A DNA stretch of 64,000 bases, taken from IMG/VR virus record IMGVR_UViG_2728369482_000003, positions 1 through 64,000 of that record; one strand, given 5' to 3'. A program made the translations under genes and the position numbers. The DNA comes from a virus (taxonomy: Duplodnaviria; Caudoviricetes). The notes beneath the pieces are model-generated. The model was given only the letters and a program-made list of their open reading frames with translations. It did not search any database and was not told the origin of the DNA. The number at the start of each line of letters is the position of its first letter. Position 1 is the first letter of the stretch. Below, one piece after another: positions 27,192 through 37,753 of the stretch.

Positions 27192-27386
27192 ATGACCGGA
27201 GCCGAAATACTAACTGCTATTGAACAGGGTCTGAAAGTCCGGCTGCCGGAATGGAAGGGCTACTGGAAAGGTGTCGAGGATACCCACGGCCGGCTGCACA
27301 TTCTTGTCTTCACCCACGACGGAAAAATCCTGGATACCCCGGACAGCCATTACCTGTTTCGAGATGATTGGGAAATCTGTCCGTAA
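27192..27386 (+). CDS. Second DUF2829/Tad2-like protein (start corrected to ATG 27192)
   Basis: MTGAEILTAIEQGLKVRLPEWKGYW...YLFRDDWEI. Confidence 0.7.
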   Translation: MTGAEILTAIEQGLKVRLPEWKGYWKGVEDTHGRLHILVFTHDGKILDTPDSHYLFRDDWEICP

Positions 27387-27508
27387 CCCTACTGACAAAT
27401 GGCCCTTGTAATGATCGTGCTAGGAATGCTGTTAATGTGTGCTGAAATCTGGCTCCCTCCGCTACTGGATTGGTGGATGATTCGTAATGACCGTAAACCC
27501 AATTCCAA

Positions 27509-27748
27509 ATGAACCTGACTGTTGGTGATTTACAGGATGCCTTGTACGGCGTCGATCGGGATTTACCCGTCTACTTGGACAAAACGACCCCGGAGATTCA
27601 GGCCCGGGGACTGTTTAACCTGGCTACGGTTAAAGTAGCCGGGGTGTACGACGTACCGGGTCTGAAAGATCGGGTTTGTCTAATCTCCTTCCGGGATTTC
27701 TCGGATTTACCCGAACCTGGTGAACTACCCGATTTTCTTCAAAACTAA
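27509..27748 (+). CDS. Hypothetical phage protein
   Basis: LTVGDL..AL..VD.DLPV N-terminus. Confidence 0.6.
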   Translation: MNLTVGDLQDALYGVDRDLPVYLDKTTPEIQARGLFNLATVKVAGVYDVPGLKDRVCLISFRDFSDLPEPGELPDFLQN

Positions 27749-28096
27749 CCAGTTAATCGATGAACGGTCTTGAACGCGAACAGACTATTCAATACATTAT
27801 TGAAAATGCTGGTGGATTCGAGGGGAAAACCCCGGATGAAATCAGACAGTATTTGCTTGAAAAAGGGGACGGATTTATCCAGACCTTGGCACGAGGTTTA
27901 ATACGAGACTACTACTTTGGTCCTGAATCCCGACTCTAATTTAACAACATGGTTTCTCCTCCTTTTGAACTGATTCTTTCGGTAGCTCTTATTGGGTTAC
28001 TCTGGTGGTATCGGTGGGTTACCAGGAACGCACCCTAGTTACACTACCTGGAAAGACATTGCCCTGTTGGTACCAGGGACGTTACGGTGGATACCG

Positions 28097-28134
28097 AAAC
28101 CTCGACTGGATTCCGGCCGGGGTTTTTTGTTTTT
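28097..28134 (+). terminator. Rho-independent terminator before the portal operon
   Basis: AAACCTCGACTGGA-TTCCGGCCGGGGTTT followed by a T-tract. Confidence 0.6.
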
Positions 28135-28265
28135 AACTAAACGTATATATCCTACCGTTAGTTAGTTTATCCGTCTGTTCAGCTTCCCTGAACGGGGTAT
28201 TCAGCTTACTTGACCCACCCGTTCAGGAACCGAGAAGCCCGTAGAAATGGGTCTAGTTTCGGGCT

Positions 28266-31028
28266 ATGTATCTGTCCCCCCACCCGTTTCTGGCCGCCCA
28301 GTCGGCCGGTGGAACCCTCCCGCCCCAGCTGCTTCCCCTCGACCAGAAAACCGAACACTGGCGAAAAGCCTGTATGGATGCCCTGGAAGGACTGGGTTTT
28401 CGGCAGTACTGGGACAACCAGAAGCTACGGGAGAATTACCGGATGGCATCGGGGGAGTTTCTGCTTTACCAGTACCAGGACGAAGAACCCAACGAGTACG
28501 CCAGTCTGATTCAGCTGGCCGCCCAGTACAGTAAGGAAGACCAGCCGATGGGCCGGATGCGGCATTTCGATTTTACCCGGCAGGTGATCAACACGCTGAC
28601 GGGGGAGCTGGAATCCCACCCGGCCGAGCAGCGGGTCGTGGCCAAAGGAGACAGTATCGATTCGGCCCGGAGCCGGGAAAAAGCCCGTCTGTTGTCCGAA
28701 TACGTTCACCAGCAGATCGATGCCGAGATCAACGCGGCCCTCATCGAGCAGGGCCTGGATCCCCAGAAGTCTGATTTTCAATCTCCAGAGCAGCAGCAGG
28801 CCTACAGCCAGCAGGTCGAGGAAGCCCGTAAGGCCCTGACCCCCGAAGAAATTCAGCGGTATATGTCCAGTAACTGGCAGCACGTAGCCGAGATCTGGGG
28901 AAACATTACCCTGGAAGATGCCCAGGAACGCTACCAGATGAAACCCAAAGCCAGCCTGGAGTTCGGGGACATGCTCAAGGTAGACCGGTGTTTTCGGCAT
29001 TTCTACCTGACGGGTACGGGGTTTACCCAGGAAAGCTGGAATCCGCTGGAAACCTTTTTCCATACCTCTCCCGACGTTACCGACGTCGAAAAAGGAAACT
29101 ACGCCGGCCGGGTAACGTTCCTCTCTCTACCCGACATCATCGACCGGTATGGTCATTTGATGGACGGCTCCGAGCTGGAGGATCTCTACGGTAAACTGGC
29201 ACTCAGCGGGGGTTACCAGACGGTTAAGGACTGGTACGGTAACCCGATCGATTACCTGTCGATCGAAGGAATGCCCTACGGCGTCAAGGTTCCCACGACC
29301 AATCCGGACCTGCTCCACTACCTGCCCCAGGTATCTCAGACGGGGGGTGGTTACCCGGCCCACGAGGTGCTGTTCGGTACCGGTAACCGGTACGGGGATC
29401 AGCGGTTTTATTACGGTAATCTCTACCAGGTGACCGAAGCCTACTGGAAATCCCAGAAACGGGTGGGCCGGCTGACCTGGCTGAATCCCGAAACAGGGCA
29501 GATCGAAAAAGTCATCGTTGATGAAACGGTCGTCTTGCCCCAGGGTACCAAAGAGAAAAAGGGGAATCTGACCAGGAATGACCCGGACGAGGATTCGGTG
29601 TTCACCGGTAAGGCCTTCGAGCCGACCATCGAATGGACCTGGATCAACGAAGTCTGGGGCGGTATCAAGCTGATGCCGATGGGTTCCCAGCCGGGAGCTA
29701 CTGCCAATCATAAACCCCTCTACCTGGCCGTCAAACCACTGGATTTTCAGGGTAAGCCGGATGCGTTTCTTTATGAGCCGGAACTGCCCGTAGTGGGCTC
29801 GGTCTTTACGGCCCGGAATGCCCCGTCCCAGTCGCTGGTCGATCTGATGAAACCCTATCAGATCGCCTATAACCTGTTTATGAACCAGGCTCTGACGATG
29901 GCCGAGGAAGAAATTCTGCCGTTTCTGCTGATGGATCCCAACCTGATTCCAACCATCAACGGCTGGAACGACCGGGAAAACGGGGGCTTTCTGAACTGGC
30001 TGCAGAGTATCCGGGATACCCGGCTGGGCTTGGCCGATACCCGGCCTTCGGTTACCCAGGGAGCTAACCTGGGCGGACAGCTACCCCAAGTAATCAACCT
30101 GGATGCCACGTCCCGGATGATTGCCCGGGTGAACCTGGCCATGAGCTTCAAACAGATGGCTTTGGAGCAGGTGGGTTTTTCTCCCCAGCGGCTGGGCGAC
30201 GTTAAACCTACCGAAACGGCCACCGGGGTCAATACGGCAGCGGCCCGGAGTTACATCCAGACAGCCCCGCTGTTCACCCGGTTTTTCGATTACATCCGCC
30301 GGGTCAACAAAAAAACGCTGGACTTTGCCCAGTTCTGCCAGGCTACCGACCGGGATATTACCGTCAGTACGATTCATTCGGATTATTCCAACAGCTTGCT
30401 GACCCTGAACGGAACCGAGCTGCTACTGGCCCAGCTCCACGTGTACGTAACTGATGCCCAGGCCGAACGGCGGAATCTGGAAATTGCCCGTCAACTGGCC
30501 CTGGAAAACAACACCTCGACGCTGTCGGCTTCCGATCGAATCGAGATGGGTACGGGCAATTCACTGGAGAAAATCAAGCAGATCGTCAAAAACTCGGAAC
30601 TGAAAAACGATCAGCTCGTCCAGCAGAGCCAGCAACTCGAACAGCAGAAACTGGCAGCCGCCCAAAAACTCCAGGACGACCGGCAAAGCTTCGAAGCCGA
30701 GCAGAACGAGCTGGACCGGGAAGCCCGCAAAGAAGAAGCTTACATCCGAACCTTTGGCGGTAAGAACAATACAACAATGGGAGATACCAATAATGATGGT
30801 ACTCCGGATTCCTTACAGTTTGCCAAACTCAGCCAGGCCCAGCAGGCCCAGCTCCAGAAACAGCAGGCTGATCAGCAGAAGAATGAACTGGCCCGGACCA
30901 AGCTACTGGTCGATAATCAGCAGCACCAGGATGGACTCCGGGAAGCCCAGGCCGAGCGGGCCAGCCGGGAAAAGATTGCCCGTATGAAAATCTCCCAGGC
31001 CCAGATCCAGGGGGATAAATCCAGGTAA
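28266..31028 (+). CDS. Portal protein (crAss-like)
   Basis: 920 aa; INTLTGE, AYWKSQKRVG, WINEVWGGIK, SLVDLMKPYQ..YN, GFSPQRLG motifs; Q-rich coiled C-terminus; position after TerL. Confidence 0.9.
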   Translation: MYLSPHPFLAAQSAGGTLPPQLLPLDQKTEHWRKACMDALEGLGFRQYWDNQKLRENYRMASGEFLLYQYQDEEPNEYASLIQLAAQYSKEDQPMGRMRHFDFTRQVINTLTGELESHPAEQRVVAKGDSIDSARSREKARLLSEYVHQQIDAEINAALIEQGLDPQKSDFQSPEQQQAYSQQVEEARKALTPEEIQRYMSSNWQHVAEIWGNITLEDAQERYQMKPKASLEFGDMLKVDRCFRHFYLTGTGFTQESWNPLETFFHTSPDVTDVEKGNYAGRVTFLSLPDIIDRYGHLMDGSELEDLYGKLALSGGYQTVKDWYGNPIDYLSIEGMPYGVKVPTTNPDLLHYLPQVSQTGGGYPAHEVLFGTGNRYGDQRFYYGNLYQVTEAYWKSQKRVGRLTWLNPETGQIEKVIVDETVVLPQGTKEKKGNLTRNDPDEDSVFTGKAFEPTIEWTWINEVWGGIKLMPMGSQPGATANHKPLYLAVKPLDFQGKPDAFLYEPELPVVGSVFTARNAPSQSLVDLMKPYQIAYNLFMNQALTMAEEEILPFLLMDPNLIPTINGWNDRENGGFLNWLQSIRDTRLGLADTRPSVTQGANLGGQLPQVINLDATSRMIARVNLAMSFKQMALEQVGFSPQRLGDVKPTETATGVNTAAARSYIQTAPLFTRFFDYIRRVNKKTLDFAQFCQATDRDITVSTIHSDYSNSLLTLNGTELLLAQLHVYVTDAQAERRNLEIARQLALENNTSTLSASDRIEMGTGNSLEKIKQIVKNSELKNDQLVQQSQQLEQQKLAAAQKLQDDRQSFEAEQNELDREARKEEAYIRTFGGKNNTTMGDTNNDGTPDSLQFAKLSQAQQAQLQKQQADQQKNELARTKLLVDNQQHQDGLREAQAERASREKIARMKISQAQIQGDKSR

Positions 31029-31093
31029 GGCTATAGCAGTCCCCCTTTCAGCGGCCCCCTCCGCATCAAACCCCCTTCGACCCCTATACTTTT

Positions 31094-32386
31094 ATGCCAA
31101 CGCTCACCAGTACCCTGGACGAGAGTCTGTACGACACCATTTTTTCCGGAGCAACCCCTACACCAGCTCCTGATCCGGTTAGCTCTCCTTCTCCCAGTCC
31201 GGCCGTCGCCACGGCGGGACCCTCCAGTCCGGCTCCTGCAGCAGTTTCTACTGCTCCGGCGGACTCCAACCCGGCTCAGCCCACTTCTTCCGCAACACCT
31301 CCGACTCCTACCCAGCCCGCCCGGGTCACTCCAGACCGGCTATTATCCGAACAGGAGATTATGGATTCGGTGTTTCCCGAAGAATCGGTCAATCCACCGG
31401 CAACTCCGGCTACGACTGCTCCGGTAACTACTCCGGTTTCAGATCCCGCTCAACCCACCAGTGATACGGTGGATGAAGCCGAACAGGAAAAAGAATTCAC
31501 CAGCCAAGTCTTCAAGCGTCAGGTTCAAAAGCTGATCGATAAGGGGCTTTGGCAGGACGTGGAAGGCCTGGACGAAATGGTTCTGGACGAAGACAGTTTC
31601 GACGAGCTGGCCCGGATGCAGGACGAGTACCGCATCGAGCAGGGCTGGCAGTCGGTCAAACAGGCTTCTCCGCTGGTCAACGATATTTTTTCGATTATCG
31701 AAGCCGGGGGTAATCCCGAGCAGATTCTGGAACTCCACCGGGATCACCAGCAGCTGGCGGCCATCAACACCGATACGCTGGAGGGGAAAAAAGAGCTGAT
31801 TGCCCGCTACTACGAAGACGTAGTCGGCTTTCCCAAAACTGAAGTCAACCGCCGGCTGAAAAAGCTGGATCTGGACGGGGAAGCCGAAATCGAAGCCGAG
31901 TTCAGCATTGCCAACCAGAAGTACGGGGAGCATTTTCAGAAGGAAAAAGACCGGATCACCCAGGCCGAAACCGACCGGCTGGCGGCTATCGAAGCCCGCA
32001 AACGGCAGAAGCTCGAAGCATCGGTGGCCCACCTACGGAGCCAGAAAGTAGCCGATAGTGAGATTCGTTCCCAGCTGGGAGCTATCTACACCCCGAAGTG
32101 GAAAATGCCCGATACGGGAGAAGTACTTTCCGAATTCGATTACCAGCTGCTGCAGATCCGAAACGATCCCCAGAAAAGTCTGGAATTGGCCCGCTTCGTT
32201 TTGAACCGGGACAAGTTCGTCAAGGAACTCACCACCCAGGCGACCAACCAGGTCGTCGAGCAGAACTACCAGAAACTCAAGTTCAAGCCGAAACCCACGG
32301 CAACAACCCCCGCTCCCGGCCAATCGGGACCGGGCCGTCCCCGGACCGATACACCGGAGAATCTCTATAAACCCTTCCTTTCTTAA
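31094..32386 (+). CDS. Conserved gene between portal and MCP (scaffold-like)
   Basis: Pro/Thr-rich disordered N-terminus, acidic helical body, synteny. Confidence 0.65.
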   Translation: MPTLTSTLDESLYDTIFSGATPTPAPDPVSSPSPSPAVATAGPSSPAPAAVSTAPADSNPAQPTSSATPPTPTQPARVTPDRLLSEQEIMDSVFPEESVNPPATPATTAPVTTPVSDPAQPTSDTVDEAEQEKEFTSQVFKRQVQKLIDKGLWQDVEGLDEMVLDEDSFDELARMQDEYRIEQGWQSVKQASPLVNDIFSIIEAGGNPEQILELHRDHQQLAAINTDTLEGKKELIARYYEDVVGFPKTEVNRRLKKLDLDGEAEIEAEFSIANQKYGEHFQKEKDRITQAETDRLAAIEARKRQKLEASVAHLRSQKVADSEIRSQLGAIYTPKWKMPDTGEVLSEFDYQLLQIRNDPQKSLELARFVLNRDKFVKELTTQATNQVVEQNYQKLKFKPKPTATTPAPGQSGPGRPRTDTPENLYKPFLS

Positions 32387-32389
32387 CCA

Positions 32390-34120
32390 ATGATTCAAAC
32401 TGGGAGCCCGAATAACGGGATGAACCGGGGTGTTGCCATTCACACGACCAAGCTGGAGCTGGGTACCAAGCACACCGAGAAAAACTCACTCACCCAGCTG
32501 ATGGGTCCCTCCGAGCAGTACCTGGGTCTGTTGAAACTCTGGAACCAATACCAGATCATTTCGACTCCGCTGCTGTCGGCTACCGAGCTGAGCAACAACG
32601 TGATGTATACCAACGGCCTGGGGGCGTCCCTGAGCTATTCGGTACCCGTCAAGTTTGCCCTGCCCTTTACCACCGACGACATCAACGAGGAAGCCAAACC
32701 GGGTCTGAACCGGGAAGTTTTCTGGCTGCTGCTCAACACGCCCAACTACACCAAGGGTGATTTGCTGACCTACGACAGGGAAAACGGTAAGCAGGTCGTC
32801 GTCGATTTCTCGGTCGAGGAAAACCCGGCTCCCTACGGGGGCGGAGCCTGGCTCTACGGGGTTAAACTAACCTCGGACGATCCAAAAGATTTCGTGTCCC
32901 GCCGGTTTACGGCCGCCGGGATCAGCTGGGTTAAAATCGGTAACGTCAAATCGGAATGGAGCCGGGAAAACTCGGCCATCACCCAGGATTCGGACGGTAC
33001 CGAGACGCTGATGTTCAAGACGGGTAATGCCCTTCAGTCGGTCGAGCACTGGATGACGGGTCACGCCGACATGCTCGAATACAACGTCGATAGCCGGGGT
33101 GGTGGTACGAACCTGGCCCAGACAAAATCCGTCATGGGTCAGTTTGCCGATCCCCACAAGGCGGCCGTGATGTATTTCTTCGAGACCCTGGGTGATCCCA
33201 ACGATCCGAACAACCCGGATATTCAAAAGAATCCGATCCCGAATTCGGGCCGCTGGATGCCAGTCATCATCATGATGCTCATGAAGGAGACCGCCCGGAT
33301 GCAGAACGACTTTTATATGTACTCCCAGGGTGGTGTCGTCTGGGACGGCCGGGGTACGGCAACCCGTATCGGGATGGGGTATTATCCCCAGATCAAATCG
33401 TCGGGTAACTACCACACCTACCAGAAACCCGAGCAGATCGGCCCGCTGCTGAAAGAAATCACGGGGGATCTGTTTTTTGGCCGGGTGGATCTGCCCTACG
33501 ACCAGCGGAAGGTTAAATTCCGGATGGGTATGGGTGCGTTGATCGAAACCCAGAAATACTTTAAACGGGAGTTCGGTCAGGACATCGCCTTCACCGTCTG
33601 GGCCCAACACAAAGCCCTCGATGGAATGCTGACGGGGACCAACCTGGATCTATCCTACAAGGGCTACCGGTTTACTTCGTTTTTGTTCCCCGAAGTAGGG
33701 TTCGTCGAGATCGAACACGATCCGGCCCTGGACCAGATCGGCACCAAGGAAACCAACGGGTTCCGGGGCCGCTACTCGACAAAATCCTACCGGGTGTTTG
33801 TCGAGGATCTCACCGAGGGAGCCTTCTCGAATGCTATGCCCCCGGCGGCCAATTACGACGTCCGGGAAGGTTTCAACAACGGAGCCAACGTGGTACTGGT
33901 CAAGCCCAAAAACTACGATAAGGTTTATAGTTCCTACCGGGTCGGTACCTACTGTCCGGATATGCTCAAAACCTACGTCGGAGCCGGAGCCAATGCCCAC
34001 ATGCGGTCGGATGACGACAACAAGTTCTCGGTTCAGATGCAGTGGGCAGGTGAAGTCTGGGTAAAAGACCCCAGCCGCACAATCCTCATCGAGCTGGAAG
34101 ACCTGCTGGAAACGGCCTAG
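32390..34120 (+). CDS. Major capsid protein (crAss-like)
   Basis: 576 aa; GYRFTSF..PEVG.VEIEHDPALD; C-terminal VWVKDPSR; followed by a strong terminator; synteny. Confidence 0.85.
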   Translation: MIQTGSPNNGMNRGVAIHTTKLELGTKHTEKNSLTQLMGPSEQYLGLLKLWNQYQIISTPLLSATELSNNVMYTNGLGASLSYSVPVKFALPFTTDDINEEAKPGLNREVFWLLLNTPNYTKGDLLTYDRENGKQVVVDFSVEENPAPYGGGAWLYGVKLTSDDPKDFVSRRFTAAGISWVKIGNVKSEWSRENSAITQDSDGTETLMFKTGNALQSVEHWMTGHADMLEYNVDSRGGGTNLAQTKSVMGQFADPHKAAVMYFFETLGDPNDPNNPDIQKNPIPNSGRWMPVIIMMLMKETARMQNDFYMYSQGGVVWDGRGTATRIGMGYYPQIKSSGNYHTYQKPEQIGPLLKEITGDLFFGRVDLPYDQRKVKFRMGMGALIETQKYFKREFGQDIAFTVWAQHKALDGMLTGTNLDLSYKGYRFTSFLFPEVGFVEIEHDPALDQIGTKETNGFRGRYSTKSYRVFVEDLTEGAFSNAMPPAANYDVREGFNNGANVVLVKPKNYDKVYSSYRVGTYCPDMLKTYVGAGANAHMRSDDDNKFSVQMQWAGEVWVKDPSRTILIELEDLLETA

Positions 34121-34128
34121 TTTGATTA

Positions 34129-34161
34129 CCCCCGGCCGGGTAATTCCGGTCGGGGCCTTTT
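34129..34161 (+). terminator. Rho-independent terminator after MCP
   Basis: CCCCGGCCGG-GTAATT-CCGGTCGGGG followed by CCTTTT. Confidence 0.7.
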
Positions 34162-34191
34162 AACCACCCCTGAGAACGTACTGACAAGCCT

Positions 34192-35079
34192 ATGGCTGAT
34201 CTAAAATTTATCCGGCAGCGGCCGAGCAAAGTCGCCCGGTACTACGATACCGAAAGCCGGCACAATAACCGCTCGGTCTGGCCGGGTGTCCACCAGACCT
34301 ACGGAGTCCGGCTGGAAACCGATAACCGGACCTGGGTAACGGGACTCAACGCGGATGCGGCCAGCATCCGGGCCATCAAAAATCCAAAGCTCAAGGAAGC
34401 GGCTCAGAAAGAAGCTAGTGACCGGCTTGATTTTTTCACCAAACATTTTAACCAGGATCTGTCGGCAACCTCGGACTTCTGGAGTGATTACCGGCTGGAT
34501 CTGGTTCGACGGGATTTGCTGGAGTACACGCTGGATCTGGAAAAGCCAGAGGAAGCCCTGCAGTACTACGTAGCCATTGCCAACCGGCGGCTGGCCCCGT
34601 CGGAAGAAGACCTGGACGAACCGGCTTACGAAAACACGTTTCTCTACGTCTACGATCCCAAACTGCACATCAGCCGCCGGGCCCGCCTGCGGGAGCTAAA
34701 GGACGAAGTCGGTTCACTGATTCACGCGCAGCGGAACAACCCCGACCGGCTGTTTTACTGGGTGGCTTATCTGAACATGCAGCCCAACATTCACATGAGC
34801 CGGGAAGAGTTGTACGAAAAGCTGAACAACTACCGGGACACCAAAAAAACGGTGGAAGAGTTCGAAGCCCTCGAACTGGTGCTCAACAAAGATTCCGAAG
34901 AACTACAGGCCGCTTATTTGTTCCGGCAGGCCCGTCAGAAAAAACGGATCGTCAAAGTCGGTAGTCAGTACACGCTGCTGGAACACGAACTGGGTAAAAC
35001 CGATTCGGAAGCCATCGATACCCTGCTGCTGCCGGAAAACACTCACCTGCTGGATTCGCTGATGGATCTGGCCCGCTAG
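34192..35079 (+). CDS. Conserved crAss-like protein downstream of MCP
   Basis: WVTGL, DLSATSDFW, LDLEKPEE motifs; synteny. Confidence 0.7.
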   Translation: MADLKFIRQRPSKVARYYDTESRHNNRSVWPGVHQTYGVRLETDNRTWVTGLNADAASIRAIKNPKLKEAAQKEASDRLDFFTKHFNQDLSATSDFWSDYRLDLVRRDLLEYTLDLEKPEEALQYYVAIANRRLAPSEEDLDEPAYENTFLYVYDPKLHISRRARLRELKDEVGSLIHAQRNNPDRLFYWVAYLNMQPNIHMSREELYEKLNNYRDTKKTVEEFEALELVLNKDSEELQAAYLFRQARQKKRIVKVGSQYTLLEHELGKTDSEAIDTLLLPENTHLLDSLMDLAR

Positions 35080-35697
35080 ATGACCACCGAACAGCTGTAC
35101 TACCAGAGCCTGGCCCAGCTAAGCCGGCTGGGTACGGGGGTTGGTCAGAAGATCGAACCCGACATCTGGGTTGCCCTCTGGAACGCGGCTCAGGCCAGCT
35201 GGTTCGGTAAGTCCCTGGAAAGCCGGTCGGATTCAGTACTCCGGGATCAGCTCAGCTACCTCTACGTTCCCGACGAACTGCTGACCCCTGTACAGGGAGA
35301 AACCCCCGACCGGTTCCGCTCGTTTAACCTACCCGATACCCTCTACCAGCTGACCAGCATCCGAGTACGGGCTATCCGTGACAGCTGCGAAGCCGAGCTG
35401 CTGGCCACACCCCAGATGCCCCAGCTAGTAGCCGAGCAGTGGGAAGACCCGATGCTGCGGCCGGACTTCGACTGGCGGGAAACGATCTACAGCCAGGCCC
35501 GGGGCAAGCTACTGGTTTACCAGCGAAACTTTCAGGTAAACCAGGCCCGTATCAGCTACTACCAACGGCCCATCGATCTGGAGCTACCCGGTTACCAGAA
35601 ACTCGACGGGTCGATTAGCCAGGCAATCAATTCGGACATGCCGGCCGAGCTGCAACAGGAGATCCTTCAGCTGCTTTTGCCCCAGCTACAAGCCTAA
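35080..35697 (+). CDS. Tail ring/head-tail adaptor protein
   Basis: WNAAQ..W, PDFDWRET, ISYYQRP, QQEIL; synteny. Confidence 0.65.
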   Translation: MTTEQLYYQSLAQLSRLGTGVGQKIEPDIWVALWNAAQASWFGKSLESRSDSVLRDQLSYLYVPDELLTPVQGETPDRFRSFNLPDTLYQLTSIRVRAIRDSCEAELLATPQMPQLVAEQWEDPMLRPDFDWRETIYSQARGKLLVYQRNFQVNQARISYYQRPIDLELPGYQKLDGSISQAINSDMPAELQQEILQLLLPQLQA

Positions 35698-35748
35698 CCT
35701 TTTCTTTTTTACCCCTACCCTTTTTTCCGGTACGCACCGGATCCCTTT

Positions 35749-37677
35749 ATGAACGAAGGAAAACTTTACAACGGCCAGCGAATCTCGATGGTCACAAACA
35801 ACACCAAGTTGTTCGCCGGGACTGGTCCTGAAGACCTGGCAACCGAGCAGATTGGTGTGTTTCAGCAGGACGGTAAGACCCGCTTCAAAGGGACCCGTAC
35901 ACCGGTCAAAAACAAAGGCCGCAAGTTTAAAATCATGCAGGGTTTCCCGAATCGGTATTCGGCCCTGACGTCCCGGGCTCAGCTGCCCTCCTTCCCCCAC
36001 CAGACGGTCGAATTCAAGGCCGAACAGATCGTGGGCTGGAACGGGATTGCCGCCAAACCCTTTACCAAAGAGCCGATGGTAGCCGTGGGTTACGACGGTT
36101 CGGATGCGGCCAAAACCCTTTCGGTTAAAAAAGGAGAATCGGTTCAGTTCCATTTGCACCTGACGGGATCACCCATCCATAAGCTGACCAACCAGCGGGG
36201 CTGGCTCCACCAGGAATTCAACATCGAACCCGACTGTCTGGGCGATGCCGAACCCGGTACCCAACAGGCCTGCGCGAAAATCCAGAAGGCCTTCCTCGAC
36301 CAGTTCGAACGGAAAACCTTTGGTACCATTCCGCTCAAAACTCTGGTCAAAGCCACGGGTGTTTCGACCTGTGATACCCCGCCGTCGGGTCTGGTTCAGT
36401 TCAGTGAATACAGCATCGACGTTACCGATACGGGCTCGGAAGCGGCCCTGGGCCGGGTTCAGGCCCAGTACCCCGGTAAAGTCGTTACCCGGAAAAGCTA
36501 CGCCGACCAGATCTCGACTTACCTAGTTCAGACGCCTTCGGGAGCCGGTAACGCCCCGGCTCAGCTATCGGTAAGCAAGAACCCCGTGTTGCCCAACTGT
36601 TCGACCTGTCCGAGTGGCTACACACTGGTGGCTCAGGGTTCGGTCTTTGAGGTTACGGTACCCAACGACACGACTCCGGCCGACCAGCCCGGTCAGATCA
36701 GCAAAACCAAAATTGGCGGACAGCCCGAAGAAGCCGTCTTCCAGTACGTTATGCCGGCCGCCCAGGATCCGGCCCAGTTCGAGACCAACATCAAAGCCGG
36801 TACGGGTACCGCTTCGGCCGAAGTGAAGTTTCAGGGACTCCAGCGGGGTCTGTGTACGCCCCCGGCGGCCCAGACATTATCCTGGACGGCAACCGGTAAA
36901 ACCTTCTCGAAGGCTCCCGCCGACTACACGATTACCCTGCAGGATACGACCTGCGGTACGTCCCGGCTGGTCGAATTGCAGGCCCGCTACGGTTCGGGGG
37001 TATCCGAAGACGTGGATGGTCAGTGTACCCGCCGGTATAAACTGACGACTTACTCGGATGCAGTTTTCGACGACAGCTGCGGGCTGGAACGCTACAAGTT
37101 CGTGGCCCCCGATGCCTACGACAGCATTCCCTGGGTACCGGTAGTGCTGACGGGTTCGGGTACAACGGGTTGCTCGTGCGGTATTATCCTGGAAGGAGCC
37201 CGGTTTATCCGGCCGGTAAACGAGGTAACGTTCCCGCTGATCGGCTACGACCGGCGTGATCTGGAACCCGTTCAGATCCGGGTATCGGCGTTCTCCCACG
37301 ATTATACGGGGCCGGTCTGTCAGACAACGTCGGTTCCCTTCACGATCCTGCAGAACTCGGATTATCCGGTTGGTTTTGGCCGGGACGTCATTGAGACCGA
37401 ACGGGACAGCCTGGGTTATTTTCTGAAGGAGTACACCTATCACCCGATCGTTCGGGAACTCTACGGGGATCGGTTCATTGCCAAGCCGGAGCTGTACTAC
37501 GACGAGTACCAGCTGACGGTAAACACGAAGTCGAACAACATGGGCTTCTTCGGGGAAACGGGCTTTAAGATTATGTACCGGTTTTTCTTCCCGGTCGGGC
37601 AGGGTAAGGAGTTCGAAGCAGCCATCAACTCGCTGGTGGCTTCGGTAGACTCTGACCTGTCCCTGGTAACCCTCTAA
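35749..37677 (+). CDS. Abundant structural protein (auxiliary capsid protein-like)
   Basis: 642 aa, followed by its own terminator; crAss-like synteny. Confidence 0.6.
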   Translation: MNEGKLYNGQRISMVTNNTKLFAGTGPEDLATEQIGVFQQDGKTRFKGTRTPVKNKGRKFKIMQGFPNRYSALTSRAQLPSFPHQTVEFKAEQIVGWNGIAAKPFTKEPMVAVGYDGSDAAKTLSVKKGESVQFHLHLTGSPIHKLTNQRGWLHQEFNIEPDCLGDAEPGTQQACAKIQKAFLDQFERKTFGTIPLKTLVKATGVSTCDTPPSGLVQFSEYSIDVTDTGSEAALGRVQAQYPGKVVTRKSYADQISTYLVQTPSGAGNAPAQLSVSKNPVLPNCSTCPSGYTLVAQGSVFEVTVPNDTTPADQPGQISKTKIGGQPEEAVFQYVMPAAQDPAQFETNIKAGTGTASAEVKFQGLQRGLCTPPAAQTLSWTATGKTFSKAPADYTITLQDTTCGTSRLVELQARYGSGVSEDVDGQCTRRYKLTTYSDAVFDDSCGLERYKFVAPDAYDSIPWVPVVLTGSGTTGCSCGIILEGARFIRPVNEVTFPLIGYDRRDLEPVQIRVSAFSHDYTGPVCQTTSVPFTILQNSDYPVGFGRDVIETERDSLGYFLKEYTYHPIVRELYGDRFIAKPELYYDEYQLTVNTKSNNMGFFGETGFKIMYRFFFPVGQGKEFEAAINSLVASVDSDLSLVTL

Positions 37678-37694
37678 GGTGGTTGTGATGCGGA

Positions 37695-37728
37695 TGGGGT
37701 GGTGTCGATGATACCACCCCATTTTTTA
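37695..37728 (+). terminator. Rho-independent terminator
   Basis: ATGGGGTGGTGTC-GAT-GATACCACCCCAT followed by TTTTT. Confidence 0.8.
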
Positions 37729-37753
37729 TGGCTCCCGTTTTTTTCTTTTTCCC

